Notes under the pieces: generated by a model | What the model was told of the DNA's origin: nothing | The model's database searches: none | Seen by the model: the letters and a program-made list of their open reading frames with translations, nothing else | Assembly (NCBI GenBank): GCA_010093815.1 | Contig: ML996568.1 | Source of the DNA: Pseudovirgaria hyperparasitica | Taxonomy: Eukaryota | DNA: 64,000 nt | Direction: 5' to 3' (one strand) | In this document: piece by piece, positions 1-13,600 of the stretch | How the letters are laid out: each line of letters begins with the position of its first letter | Position numbering within the stretch: the first letter of the stretch is position 1 | Position numbers and translations under genes: made by a program

Positions 1-2102
1 TACCAGAGTGGCAACTCCTTCACAAAACACACCTACAGCACGCCCTTCTCCAGCTGACCGCTTGAATGCTCGTGTCAGCGCTCTTTCACGCGCGATGTCA
101 TCACAGACCCCTCAAAGCCTGCCAACCTCCTCGTCTCGTCCATCTTCATATGCTGCAGCTCTCCAAGCCACGCCGCAGGACTGGCATATCGAGTTCACGG
201 TGGACGGGCAGCCAATCACCAACGAAACTACCATTTACCGTGCTGTTCACTTTCAACAACTGCAATCGGATGACAATGGACCGCGACCAGTTTGGAGTGC
301 AATCCATACAATTAAGTTCAAGCGGGTAGAAGGTCCACCACCCGTCGAGTCGACATCACTTCATGCGCACGGCGAGCAAGCCAGAGTTCATGATGGCTTG
401 CCGGCATCTTTGGCCAAGCACCCGGCAACAGCATCGATTTTACAACTTCTGAGCATTCTCCATGATATGAATTCGAACTTGGACGATGTCCTCGCCGAGG
501 ATCAAATAGCAAGCAAACTGAAACCTGAACCCGTGTCCCAGTTTGTCAATACCAAATTGACCGCGAAGTTAAATAGGCAATTGGAAGAGCCACTGATTGT
601 AGCAAGCAATTGCCTGCCATCGTGGAGCGAAGATCTCGCGAGGCTCTATCCATTCTTATTCCCATTTGAGACTCGGCATCTCTTCTTGCAGTCGACTTCC
701 TTCGGATACTCTAGGTCAATGACGCGATGGCAAAGTGCGCAGACGTCCAATGACTCCCGCTATGATAGACATCGCGATGAACGACCATTCATGGGCAAAA
801 TGCAAAGGCAGAAGGTGCGGATCTCACGTACTAGAATTCTCGAGTCAGCCATCAAAGTCATGGAATTGTATGGATCTTCTCCAAGCATTCTTGAAGTCGA
901 GTACTTTGAAGAAGTCGGCACCGGCCTCGGCCCCACTTTGGAATTCTACTCGACAGTCTCCAAGGAGTTCTCCAAGAAGAAGCTCAAGCTGTGGCGGGAG
1001 AATGAATCAAATGAAGATGATGAGTATGCTTTTGGAAAACAAGGGTTGTTTCCTGCACCGATGAGCGAGGAGCAGGCTGCCAGCGAGAATGGGAGGCGAC
1101 TGCTTCACCTTTTCAAGATGCTAGGCAAATTTGTCGCACGATCTATGTTGGACTCACGCATTATCGACGTTTCCTTCAACCCAACATTCTTCCGTGTCGG
1201 AGACGGCGCGACGGCTGTTACCCCATCCCTTGGCGCCGTTAAATCGGTAGATGCTGATCTCGCTCGGTCCCTGAAAATGCTCAAGAAGTTTTCCATGGCA
1301 AAGAAAAAGGTTGATGAGAATGGAACATTGAGCGCTGCTCAGAAGGTCGAAGCGGCTCAAGCTATCACGATTGATGGCGCACGAGTTGAAGACCTCGGTT
1401 TAGACTTTACCTTGCCAGGTTACCCGGAAATTCAGCTGCAGCCAGATGGTGTCAACACGCCTGTGACTATCGACAACGTCGCGAGTTACGTAGATAAAGT
1501 ACTCGATCTTACCTTAGGAAGTGGTGTCAAAGCACAAATCGACGCTTTTGGTGCCGGCTTCTCTCAAGTGTTCCCATACTCATCAGTGAAGGCATTCACT
1601 CCAGATGAGTTGGTCATGCTCTTTGGGAGGGTGGACGAGGATTGGAGCCTGGAAAGTGAGTATACCTGCTAAGCATCTATCCCCAGCTATCTGACAATTA
1701 TGGCAGCATTGATGGATTCTATCAAGGCCGATCATGGTTTCAACCTCGACAGTAAAAGTGTCCGCAACCTCTTGCACGCTATGAGTGAGCTGTCTGCTCC
1801 CGAGAGACGCGACTTCTTGCAATTTGTCACGGGCAGCCCCAAGCTCCCCATAGGAGGTCAGTCCATCCTGATCCTTTCTTCTCACATTCTAACAACTCTT
1901 ACTAGGTTTCAAGAGCCTCACACCAATGTTCACTGTGGTGTGCAAGCCCAGTGAGCCTCCTTTCACATCTGATGACTACTTACCCAGCGTCATGACGTGT
2001 GTCAATTACCTCAAGATGCCAGATTATTCGAGCATGGAAATCCTTCGCAATAAACTCAACGTCGCTATCAAAGAAGGTCAAGGAGCCTTCCATCTATCTT
2101 AA
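1..2102 (+). CDS. UFD4: HECT-type E3 ubiquitin ligase, UFD4/TRIP12-like (3' part; 5' end outside window). Exons <1-1655, 1707-1856, 1906-2102
   Basis: HECT motifs [61 protein letters not shown] introns 1656-1706 (branch ctgac) and 1857-1905 (branch ctaac) restore ...[15 protein letters not shown]... and ...[18 protein letters not shown]...EGQGAFHLS* with the catalytic Cys; TAA at 2100-2102. Confidence 0.93.
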
Positions 2103-3321
2103 ATTACTCACGTCTTGCATGTGGTCGTATAACACAATAGTACCAGACCGCTACAATCGCATTATTCCTTTAGTCGTTCTTCTGTCTCTCAGAACACTCG
2201 CAACGGTCAAGCATATCTTGGTGCATATCATGATCTCCAATTTGGTGTTTTGCGATTTTCCACATCCGGTCATACACCATGATACGCTTTCGCCATTGTG
2301 GTTTTCTCTGCTTAAATTGATGCATGGATACATTGGATGACGGTCGTACTGCCTAAGCATTCCTACAATGGGCTGGAATGGAAGGTCGGCTCGAGAAGCC
2401 CAGGCGTTAACATTTGTCCTTCCACAAGGAAGATAAAAGGGCCCTAGCCGCTAGATCGAGGTTGGTGCACTGCACATGGAATAGATATCTCTCGGATAGC
2501 GGTATGGTAATGCAAAGGATAACATATCTCGGGTGTTTCTTGCGTTGTGTGATATGATTCTGAGTTGCATGCATTACCGGCACGCAACTCGTAACTTACA
2601 AAAGCTCCCGATGTGTATACTCATAATCATCTTCGCTATCACTGCATACTGCTGTCGCAGGCGATGTTTATACGGAGACAATAGTCATGTCGCAACAGTC
2701 CGAAATCCGCCTCTTCCTGATGAGTCCTCCCTTCAAATAATCCTCACGAAACTTGACCTGTCCTTGCCCGCCGAGCGCCCGGCCCCTTTCCGCTAAGTGG
2801 CGAGTCAGGTGGGATTGAGAGGAGTGTCCAAATGAAGCAAGTCTTTATCTTTAGATATTCTGACAGGCGACAATAGCAGGATTGGGTAAGTCATCTCTCC
2901 GCGCTCGGTATACCGTTCAAGAGGTTTTGTTCGTAGAATGTCTTCTCCGCTTCACGTTGTCTGGACCATGTCATGTTTCTACCCGCATTATGGGACTCAT
3001 ACCATACAACAATTACGACGGAGATCAAGAGGGGTCATGCCAGCAGTGTCCCGTTGCGTAAGTCCTCTACATAATTGTCTGGCAGACTTCTGGTTGGAGT
3101 AATTAACAGTATCGCAAAGTTTAGCAGGCGCGGCTCTAGGAAGTCACCAAAGTCGCTGATCATAGAACGGGCACTTCATCTTTATAATCCTGTTATGCTG
3201 ACAGGAAGGAAGCTCTGACAAGTAAATGGAAAGATTTATCTCGATCGTATCAAGGAATTGTATATTCGTCTGCTGTTTACTACTATCGTAACTCAAATTT
3301 CTGGTAGATCATTTAAGGCAT

Positions 3322-4526
3322 TTATAAGTCTTGGAACCACGCATACACAGCAACCGTGAAGCAAGCTATCATAGCCACCAGATAGCTGCCAACCCCAAAA
3401 GCCTGCTCTTGAGTTTTCGCCAAACCAAGAATCAGTAGCGAGATTGACAACGATAGGGCGACCGCACAACCAAATATGAAGGCAAGTACAGCATGGTCAG
3501 CACCGTCAATGATATGGATGCCCCATCCAAATGCCAGATCCGGATCCGAGTTGAGGTCAACAATGTTTTGTTCAGAGTTATTTTGGCTCTGCACTACCTC
3601 AGCAAGAACAGTCTCACTGAGTTTCTTCGGTAAACGCTGTAGCCAAAGATCTTCACTGTGCTCCCCCCAAACCTTATACTTTGCGCGGTTGAGATAGTGG
3701 AGGAAGATTTTAGCTGGCATCCTCAGTTTCGGATGTAAGTAGTGATACCGTTGATGGTCCAGCTCAACCTTAGGAGGAAACTCGTCGGGCTTCTCGTGAA
3801 TACCAGCAGTGCACTGATAACGCCGGCTCATAGAAAACTATGTTCATGTTAGGAGAGGCGTCGTTTTAGCAAAATTCATAGATGCATACCAAGACGAAGT
3901 GGACATCTCGAGGCTTTAGCAGCCATTGTCTCGCAAAACCGCGCTTCGCAGACTTGTATCTCTCCCTGATTAGTCTGAATAGCTCGGCGTCCGAGCTCAC
4001 CTGCGAAATATCGATTTCGTAATGGTCTGTGGTATAGTCACCAACGTCGACGCAAAGCTCAAACCATCTCAACGTGAGAGTCTCCTGTGATGTAGACCGG
4101 GTCTCTTTGGGTGCGTGTATGGGCGACACTACCACGCCTTGCGATACATCTTGACAGAATTGGTTCAATGCATGCTCAGCGTGAGCGTCAAAGTCCTCCC
4201 AGTGTATAGTGTTACAAGACTTTAGTCGTAAGCTCGATGAAGCAGTAGTACGGAGAGGAACTCTGAGTACTTACGCATCGCCAACGGATTCTTCTGTACC
4301 CGGGCTTAGCCCAGGGCAGCAAGTACTCAACTAGATCATGGAAGATGAGAGATGCGCCTAGGGAGTCCACTATAGAACATGATAGCCGACGTAAAATCCA
4401 AGAGATGGTGGGACCTCGGAAGAGACGTTCGAAGGGTTGATTTACCATAGAATCAGACTCTGAAGCTTTCACGAAGATAGTCTCGTCCTTGGATCCTGCT
4501 AGATCGTCGTTTTTGTCTCTGACCAA
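3322..4526 (-). CDS. Fungal hypothetical protein with two C-terminal hydrophobic segments (3' exons ~4526-4275, 4219-3890, 3837-3322); 5' end unresolved, possibly a pseudogene
   Basis: Three ORF-track pieces join in frame across GT-AG introns 4274-4220 and 3889-3838: RIRWRC|SCNTIHWEDFD...WFELCV...VHFVL|FSMSRR...WLQRLPKKL...GWGIHIIDG, then two hydrophobic stretches. An in-frame TGA lies just upstream of 4526 and I found no convincing ATG exon. Confidence 0.65.
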
Positions 4527-4606
4527 TAAGAATGTTCAAGAATGCGGTGTGCTCTGGCTGTTCTAATCTCTGTTACGTCTAATCCAAGCTGTGATGTATA
4601 CCTTTA

Positions 4607-4800
4607 TACTGTCCGACAGGAATTTAAAGCTTTGTGCTGTCTCATTGTGCTTATCGTACACCCGGGTCTGAATGCTTTGGTATCTGCTCTGTTTAAATAA
4701 AACTATGATCGTTGTATATACACTGTCTGACAGAACGTCAAGGCTTTGTGCTATCTCTTTGTATTTATCGTGCACCCAGATTTGAGTGACTCATATCTGG
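4607..4800. repeat. Degenerate tandem duplication, period 114 bp
   Basis: ctgtccgacagg...gctttgtgctgtctcattgtgcttatcgtacaccc (from 4609) vs ctgtctgacaga...gctttgtgctatctctttgtatttatcgtgcaccc (from 4723). Confidence 0.75.
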
Positions 4801-6366
4801 CTAATGGAATGAATCTTTCCGAAGGGAGGAGACCAATACGCCAGAGTTATTAGTCAGCGCAAGTGCTGAACGCAAGCAGCGTTGAGAATCGACTACCCCC
4901 TAGACGGGCCGGATCCTGTTCTTGTCCTTCGCTCGTCGAGACATTTCTCGATTAGTCTCATATGAATCAAGACATTTCCAGACTATTGTACGGGTTATAC
5001 GTCCAGTGGGGTCGTCGGTCCGTCTTTGTTACCGTGTGCCTCTATTAGAAGGTTCCGTCCCAGCGAAACGACGAAGTTTTCGTTCAAATTTATTGCTTCT
5101 CATTCGAAGACATATCGATGATTGTTGGATATAAAGCACCCAACCGTTCGGATCCGATGCTTCAGGGATATCAGAGATCCCCTTCGTCTGACTCGGGCCT
5201 GATGATATCTCTATTTCACGTCGAGTCGCCGCATGGCCTTTTCCTTGCCTTCTCCGTAGACTGGGAAGGTGTTAAAGTCCAGGATGCCAAGACAGTATAC
5301 AATGTCTTCCTCCATAGTGGTTTTTCGATTGGCTGCCCAGGATAAGCATTTGTTGTCTACACTATAGACAGTCCTACTGCTTTCACAATCTCGTGCCGCG
5401 AATCTGATTTGGTTCCTAGTCGTTGCCACTCTGTTGAATATAAAATGATATCTTCGGGAGCAAGGAGCTCTGGTAATGTCCAACCCCGAAACACTGTTAC
5501 CCAATTTTCCACAAAGACCCTTTCGAGCACTCCTGGCTGGTCATGACATCTGGAGGGTAGACATAGCATTTAGTTGAGTTTCGAAACCAATGAAACATAG
5601 AATTTACAGCCTCTGCAAGCTCAGCGTTACTTTGTCGATTGATACAACAGGTGTCAACCCAGAACCATTCGAGTCCGTCTCGAGCTGCTTGCTGCGAGAT
5701 CCAGAGTAGTTTACCGTAGCCGGACCTTATCTTTCCCTGTCCAGTGATGACATCGTGAAAGGATACCTCCGCAGAAGATGTTGGACCCCAGACATGTGAT
5801 AGGATAGCATACGGGGGAATTTCGTCACCATAATTCTCAAATCGGAAGTCGCCATTCTCATCAACCTTGAGAAGTCACATGTTTGATAGTCGAATATATC
5901 ATGAGATGAGGTTGAGATTAATGTAATACGGCAGACACTGCCGTTTTAAAAAGATTTTGTAGTTCTTCATCGTCTGCGAGGCTGAACAAACCCTGCTCTA
6001 CTGGCGCACAATAGGTAAGTATGCGCTCCGAACCTGCATGTGATGGATGTTATTTTTAGCCCGCCACAAGGCCAAAGCCGCTTGGGGAGGGCCAGCTTGT
6101 GCTTCAAGCAGGAATTATCACGTAGCCTTGTGCCTTGTCGAATGCTATGCGTGATTTAACCGCCCAGAGCGACGGTATGTTGGTCGTCTCACCGAGGTTT
6201 CTGCTATCGGTTGCCTATCATAGCTTAGAAGAGAGTAGGTGGCTTGACTATTTATATCCCAACCTGACCGAAAGGAACAGACATGTGCTGAGAGTCCTTG
6301 ATACTATGCATTGTATATTCTCATGGCGAAATGACTTGTGAATCGACTCCGGCTCCAATTAGTATT

Positions 6367-7853
6367 TTACTGGTTGAATTCCCAATTTGGCTCGCAGTCC
6401 TCGTAAACCTTGCCGAACTCCTTCACTCTCTCCAGTAACCAGCCTGAAGATATGTTCGAATCAGTCTTGACAGTTCCAACTCTGATGTTCTCGCCCAGAT
6501 AACACTCCCCAACCTTCCATTTGAATTGGCGACAAGTCGGTATTGCAGAGCATGCGCTTCTACAGTCTTCGAATGACTCAACAGCTTTCTTCTCCAGCTC
6601 ATCCAGCTCTGCCCACGTCTCTTCCATCTCATCCTTAGGCTTAACATATTTCCAATCATCAGAAATGTTGTCCCAGTCGTCACGTCGTTCGCGAACGTGC
6701 TTTTCGACATACATCGAAAAGATATCACGGAACATCAACGGCTTCTCCCAGCCCTGCGTATCGTCAGTTAAATCGCAAGACAACGGGTATCATTGATACT
6801 CACGTGCTCTTTCACCCATGCCATCATCAGCTCCCACAAGTCGAGAATCTCCCTTGTATTCACATGATGCCAGCTCACGCTCGGCGTACACATATGCCTC
6901 TCGTTCCAGTCTATCGTGCCTAATCTCTCGCCCTGTATCAGTGGAAAACTTGCCGTCATGCTGATTCCCACATCTAAGAAGTTCCTCGCCATTTCCACGT
7001 CACCGCAGCAGCCTGCGGCTACGTTCAACCACCACTCGTCCTGCATCTTATCATACTCGTCCATCAGCCTCTGCATAGCAGCTTTACTGACAAGCACTCC
7101 GCTACCTCCATGTGCGAAGGTAACTCCGCCATGGCTGTTCTGACTCCCGCTGTAAATCTCGCGGTCGGGATTGAGGCGGCGCGTCCAGGTGAGCAGGTTT
7201 GGCCAAATTACTGCAGTATCGGGCTCCATGAAAAAGTACCATTTCGCCTTGGGCGCCTTCGCATAGCTCTCTTTGTAGCTGCTCAAGAACTTCCATTTGT
7301 CTAGTTTCCATCCTGCTCTCTTGTCGCCTTCTTCAGTTTTGTCCACAACAGCAGCGATATCTTGGCCGTCAGCATGAAGGGCGTTGACTGTGTGATAGTA
7401 TGCGAACTCGGGCTGTGTATTCTTGAAAGAGGAATTTATACTGGCAATGGAGTCGTAGATAGGGGTGCCGTGGATTGTTTGTGCAACATCGGAGTACACG
7501 GTATATGAAGGGGCACAGGAGAGGAGGGTGAGAAGTTGTGGTGGAAGTTTCTCGTAAATCTCGTTGATGCCGACTTTAAGAACTATGTGTACATCACTGG
7601 CGCCCGGGGCGTTGCGGCAGTCATTCGAGTCGTCGACGTTGGAAGCATCGTGTTGAGTGATGGACGAGTTGGGCTTTGTAGTCGAAGCGGTGTCGATACT
7701 GGGCTTCTCCGGGGAATAAGAGGATCGTGAGAGGGATGTGGTGTAATCTGTCTGAGATAGCCAGACTGTAAAGAGACAGAAGACGCCCAAGAAGGCGAAG
7801 AGAAGCGGTCTACGCCGGCCTTTGAAAGTCGGCTGGTAGCTTAGGATGCCCAT
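6367..7853 (-). CDS. Glycosyltransferase family 31 (Fringe-like), type II membrane protein. Exons 7853-6804, 6753-6367
   Basis: N-terminal basic residues plus TM helix (RRRPLLFAFLGVFCLFTVWL); motifs GWKLDKWKF, KWYFFMEPDT, FAHGGSG, CCGD, SWHH; C-terminal Cys module ending SSGW. Intron 6803-6754 (gtgagt...ctgac...cag) joins KEH|GWEKP in frame. Confidence 0.88.
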
Positions 7854-8091
7854 TCCTAGCCTTCCGGCGATGACTTTCAACCGAAACTAGTCACAATGCC
7901 TGATTCGGACAGCGACGAGCAAGCTGGAAAGGTGTGAGTCGAGGCTTCGTGCAGGGACTCAGGGAGAGGTATGGAGAGGATATGTATGCGGCACAGCACC
8001 ATCATCTTCTTAGTTGAAGCTGCTAGATTAACTCATCTATCACATCTCCATCACACGTTGCGCGCTTACGAGGAGGGTTTCTCAAGCGTCC

Positions 8092-8185
8092 AGTGTATAA
8101 ATGCGTATTTGTGCGTATTTGTGCGTACAAAATGTGACGTATGTGTATAAAATGTAACGTCTATATACGGAATGTAACATATAGA
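8092..8185. repeat. Short imperfect tandem repeats at the gene/transposon boundary
   Basis: tgcgtatttg repeated, then three ~21-bp units of the form aaaatgtgacgtatgtgtata. Confidence 0.6.
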
Positions 8186-8810
8186 CTAAGTAGGTTAGTA
8201 GATCTAGATACTCTATATAATTTTATATAGGGCGTTTGGATTAAGGGATACCCGAGACTTACCAAGTATATACTATACTTATCTATCTTTATTATCTTTA
8301 TTCCTTCTATTATACCTTATTATTATCTTACTATCTTCTTATCTCTTAATACTATAAATCTATCTATATTAGTATATCCTTATTAATATTAAGGTTAAGA
8401 TATCTTATACTACCCTATAAATTAAGGCTAATATACTTTAACTTACTAATCTTATTATTAATAATATTTCTATTACTAAATTAGCTAATAGATAGCTATC
8501 TAGAGTTATTATACCTATTAAATCTCGTGATTATAACGCTATAGAACCTTAGAATATTACTAAATCGGGTAGTACTATATCTAACTCTACTTCCTTAACT
8601 TAGGCGCTAAGCTAGTAGTCTACTATTACTTATATTATACTATCTATTACTATCTAGAAGTAACCTTATACTAAGCGCTATTACTACGCTAGCCTTAATA
8701 ATCTAGAGAGTCTTATATAGTAGAGAGAGAGGTTATTCATGCTGCCTAAAGGCCTTATATTAATATAATAGAAGTAGAATACCTACTAGCTATATATTAG
8801 TAATATATAG
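8186..8810. mobile_element. Unclassified heavily RIP-mutated repeat; outermost host of the nested cluster
   Basis: Strong TpA excess and CpA/TpG depletion from ~8190; no recognisable domain; interrupted at 8811 by an LTR of family A. Confidence 0.4.
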
Positions 8811-9192
8811 TATTAGAACTTAGTCTTAGGTATAATCTAATCCGCATGTACCTTAGCTAATAGGGTTAGAAGGTAGCGTGAAGGGCGGTAAATAGTTATA
8901 TACTAGATAGATTAGCGTCCCTTTATATATATACTCTTAGATTCCTACTAAAAGGGTTTAGTAGTAATTTATTCTATAATAGAATATACCCTATTATTCT
9001 ATCTAACTATACTACTATCTAATAACCCTATTCTTATATTTAAATTACTCTCTATATAGTACTATAGTTAAGATAGTCTAACTAGAACTAAGAAGGTTAA
9101 TATAATCTACTATAGAGATAAGTAATACTATATTAAATAATAGGGATCCTCTATAATTAGTATTAATTCTAGCCGTTTCTAACTAAGAAGTA

Positions 9193-9394
9193 TATTATGG
9201 ACTTCGGCTTTGCCTTGTCTCTAGTATCACATGACGGAGCCGGGACAGATGGAGACTAGTATAGGGGTATCACGTGACCTCGCTTAAGACTATACTTAAA
9301 GCTATAACCATACGGCTTATCCCTACTCTCTCTAAGTTAAATTATAATATATCTTAATTACCATTGTAGTAACACCTTGGTTATATCCATTATA
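9193..9394. mobile_element. Solo LTR (family B), 202 bp, inserted in the A1 gag region
   Basis: Absent from A2/A3 at the homologous site; 5-bp TSD aagta (9188-9192, 9395-9399); ends tattatgg...ccattata, consistent with RIP-mutated TG...CA inverted termini. Confidence 0.85.
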
Positions 9395-10665
9395 AAGTAG
9401 AGATATTAGACTAAATTATAGAGCTTTTAGATAAAGAAATAGTAGATATACTAAGTAACTTCTAATAATATAAAGCTAGATAATAAGTTATGGCGGAGCT
9501 ACGTAAGGTATTATAATAAACTATTACTAAACTTTAGAAATATATTATAAATTAGGCTTAAGAGATTTAAACTCTTAAAGAATAGATAGAATATATAAAA
9601 CTTCTTATAAAGAGATAAGAACTTAAGGAGTCTCTTAAAGAACTATACTAAACGATAGTAGATAGATAACTTCCTATACTAATTTAGGCGGAATTAGTTT
9701 ACCTACTATTAGAGTTATAATAATCTACTATATACCTAGCCGCTTCGTTACTAATTTACTCTACTTCTTCTCTAGATATACTAAAATCTAAAGACCTAAC
9801 TATATTTATAGAGAAGAACTAAAAGGAGTAGAAAGACTAGAAGAGAGACTATAAAAAGTACTTCCTTAATAACCCTCTACTCTTTTCTACTAAAGTATAA
9901 TATATTTTATTTAGAGAATGATACCTAGACTTATAATTCTATAATTAATAGAATAGATAGAAGGAAGTATAGCTACTATCTATAATAACCTAGGAATATT
10001 TAGCTATATTTATACTAAATACTCTCGGAACAAATAGAGAATATAAAAGAAAGGCACTATCTAAGTTAAGAAGCGTAGTATAATAACCGAACTAGATATC
10101 TACTTAACTACTATAATACCTCTAAAACCTATAGGATAATATCCCTATACTATAGGAAAATATTTATATATTCTAGTTTTATAAAGTACTACTTCTATTA
10201 ATCCGCGAAAGACTAGAAATAGTATTATTAAGTTTTAACTATCTATATAAATTAGAGAAGAAAGCTAATAAATACTACTATATTCTTAAGGAACGCGGCT
10301 CTCTAGGTAAAACTAACGAACCCTATATAGATTAGAAATAAGGTTAATTAAATATATTTAATTAAGAGTAACCTTACTATAATTAGCGCTAGAAGAGCGT
10401 AAATTAGGGTAGAAACGCGTTAAGAGGATAATAATAATAATAATATTATATAACTAGGTAGAGTAGTACTCTACAGGCCTATGCCTCCTCTAGTCTAAGC
10501 TACTATATAAGAAGAAACCCTATAGGGAAAAACTTCCTTATATCTATAACTATATCTCGTTAAACCTCTATTTCGTCTTAAGTATATAGCTATAGGGTAT
10601 ACCTATTAGCCTATAGCCTATATTACCGTTATTTTACCCTTAGATAGTACGTATAGGTGCGGAGG

Positions 10666-10696
10666 TTATTAGTTAAGGGCTACCCTTAACTAATAA
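10666..10696. promoter_or_regulatory. 31-bp palindrome, copy 1 (3' region of LINE C1)
   Basis: TTATTAGTTAAGGG-cta-CCCTTAACTAATAA; function inferred only. Confidence 0.55.
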
Positions 10697-13600
10697 TTAG
10701 GGTTCTCCCGGGGTTCTTCCGGTATATATCGGGTTACTACCGGCGTATACCGGGTCTCTTCTAGTATATATTTCCGGGTCCACTAGTACTAGAGGAGTAG
10801 TAGATATATAAGCATCTATTAGAAGACGTCCTTAGGGTACTTATTAAGCTATTATATAATATTAGAGGTTCTTATCGTATAGATAAGCTTCTACCTTTAT
10901 ATATAAAGATCGGGGTATATTATAAGATAGTAGCGTATTATACCTCTCCGGCCGCACGCCTTATACTATAGAGATACGTTAGGGACGCCTCTCTTATAGA
11001 GGTAGTATAGAAGTCCTATAGCGCCCGTTCGGGCTTAGAGGAGTATAGATACCTAGGCCTTTATAAGCCCTTTATATATCTATTTACTCGGCTCCTTCTA
11101 TGGTTCTCGGATCTACTCTAGGTACCTATCCTACTAGGAGGCCCACTAGGCCCGGAGTATCTCTTTCTACTTATCTTAGATCTATAACTATATACTTCGT
11201 CCGAGCTCTTAAAGGCTCTATTAGTCTAGAAGGGTATCTAGATTATCCTTAATCTCTTATACTACTTAGTTCGAGTCTATTTCTATCGGGCACTTATACC
11301 GTAGTCGAGTCCGGCCTATATATAAGAGTACTTAGTAGTATACGCTAACTCGCGCGCGTAGCGCGGCGAAGGTATATTCTATATTTTCTATACGTTCCTA
11401 TACTTATTATTTAGTAAAGTATACTACCCTCTATATCTAGTAGAAGTTATATATACTTATAACGTCTATCTCGCGTTATAGTAGTACCATATTAGTAGCT
11501 TTATATACACCTAATATAAGACGGAGTATACGGTTCTATATGGATTCGAGCTTTATTTACCTAGTCTATATAAGGGCCGTATACTAGTACTCGTGTCTAT
11601 ACGTGAAGGCGGGTCGTACTATAGATATATATAGCTAGCGTGCCTTATCCCGGGTAGTTCTCTATATAGAGGCTATAATCCGTTATATAGCGGCTTCTAC
11701 CTAGAGGGCCCTAGAAACGGTGTATGTTACCTATGGTCCCTATTTAAGCTTATTATTAATTATAACGCTAAGTACGCGTATGCTTTATGTCGGCGGTTCG
11801 TTAAAGGCGTCTATTCTAGGGCGTCGCTTGCCTTCCCTAGTAGCCTATTTCCTACGGCGGTTAATGAAGTACATGAGTTAGTACTTTTCGGGGCGAACTT
11901 TACTCTATAGCGCTTTGCCCATTAGACGTATCTCCCGTGGTCTTATTCGAGTCGTCTATATGTTTAGCTAGTATTATTATCGATAGCTAGAAGGTATATA
12001 TCGTCTACGTATCCTACTACCTCTATATATTATATTCCCTAGAGGAGGTCTATAGTAAAGAAGAGGAAGAGAATCGGGGAGATAGTACTTCCTTATAGGA
12101 TGCCGTAAGCCGTCTTCTCGTACTCACTTTAATATCTAGAGATATATATCTAGGTAACTCTTTCGGCGAGGAAGGACTATATAAACCGCGTAATCTACGC
12201 GGGTATACGTCTCTTCCGTAAGTTAAGATGAGTCTCGTGTGGTTTACTTTATCGAATACGCCGGCCATATCGAGGGAGAGTAGCGTTACTATACGTCCCT
12301 ACTTCTATACGGTCTAGACGACTTTAAGGATGTATTAGATAGCGGTAATTAGAGAGCTTCTAGCCTTCGCCTTCTGGTTTACTAGGAGGAGGTTATGTTC
12401 CTATACTACGGCGCTTATCTTCTTCGCGATCATGGCCTCTAGTATCTTCCCGAGATAGGAGAGGAGGGTAATTAGCCTCCATCCTTTCGGGGAGCTAGGG
12501 TTCTTCTCTAGTTTCGGGAGTATAATAGTATAGACGGCCCGGAAGCTTTGGGGGTGGTATCCGTTCTTAATACATGCTTGAAATATATAACTAATGAGCG
12601 GTAGGGTAGCTAGTATAGTGCGTTTAAGGCACCTATTCGGTATCCCATCCGGTCCGGGTACCTTGTTATTCGGGAGTACTTTAACGGCGTCGAGTATATC
12701 CTCCTTAGTAACCTCTTAGGGGATATCGATTACGTCTAGGTATTTAGTATTATTAATATCTAATAGGTCTACTAGCTCTAGGAGGGGGAATATAACTTTA
12801 CGTAAGATCTCCGTCTTCTCTAGGCTTATAGAGTATATCCTCTCTTAGTATATTAGGGGAGGCATTAGTGGCGGCGGTGTCGGCGCGTCTATACCCTTAG
12901 CCTACTTTGCCATGCGCTATAGCCCTACGGCTTACCGTGTATGTTTATCGGTAATTATACGCTATTATTTTCGTCGTTTATTACGGAGGGCCCTATCACG
13001 ATATCGCACTACTTCCTTCTACTCTTCCTAGGCCTCGGTCGTCCGGATATAGTATACACGTATATATAGTCTATGGGCGTCTCTTCTATACTCTTATATT
13101 TAAGGTATACCCCTCGCTTCTAGGGGTCTATACGTTCGGTATAGTACGTGTTTATCTCTTATGGCTTAGTATGCTTGAAGGAGGACTTGCACGGCCTTAT
13201 CTATGGCTGGGCCGTTAGATACGTCGACTATAGAGGGGTCTAGAATTACTAATTCTAGGTCCTCTAGGTATTTATCCTAATTAGTATCCTTCTATAGCTA
13301 TTTCCCATATTATTCGTTAAGAGTGGAGACGTCTATTACGGTTTCCATGCATTCGTGGTCGGAGTCCGTCTATATCCGGCTCGGGCGGTAGTACTATACT
13401 CTATGGCTGATGTGCTCGGTAGCGAGGGTAAGGTCGAGCGTAGACCCGTTCTCGTCCTATTTATATTTCCTCTAGGTAATCTACCCCACGGGTATAAGGA
13501 GATATAGAAAGTCGTAGTACCGTATATATAGTTCCCTTACTCTAAGTTCTTCTCTCGCGATGGCTAGGCCTCCCTACTACCTATGGTAGAGATTAAAGTC

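Noticed and set aside
1999..2796. ORFs 1999-2340, 2151-2360 and 2533-2796
   Set aside because: They overlap the last UFD4 exon or 3' UTR/intergenic DNA and have no recognisable motifs.
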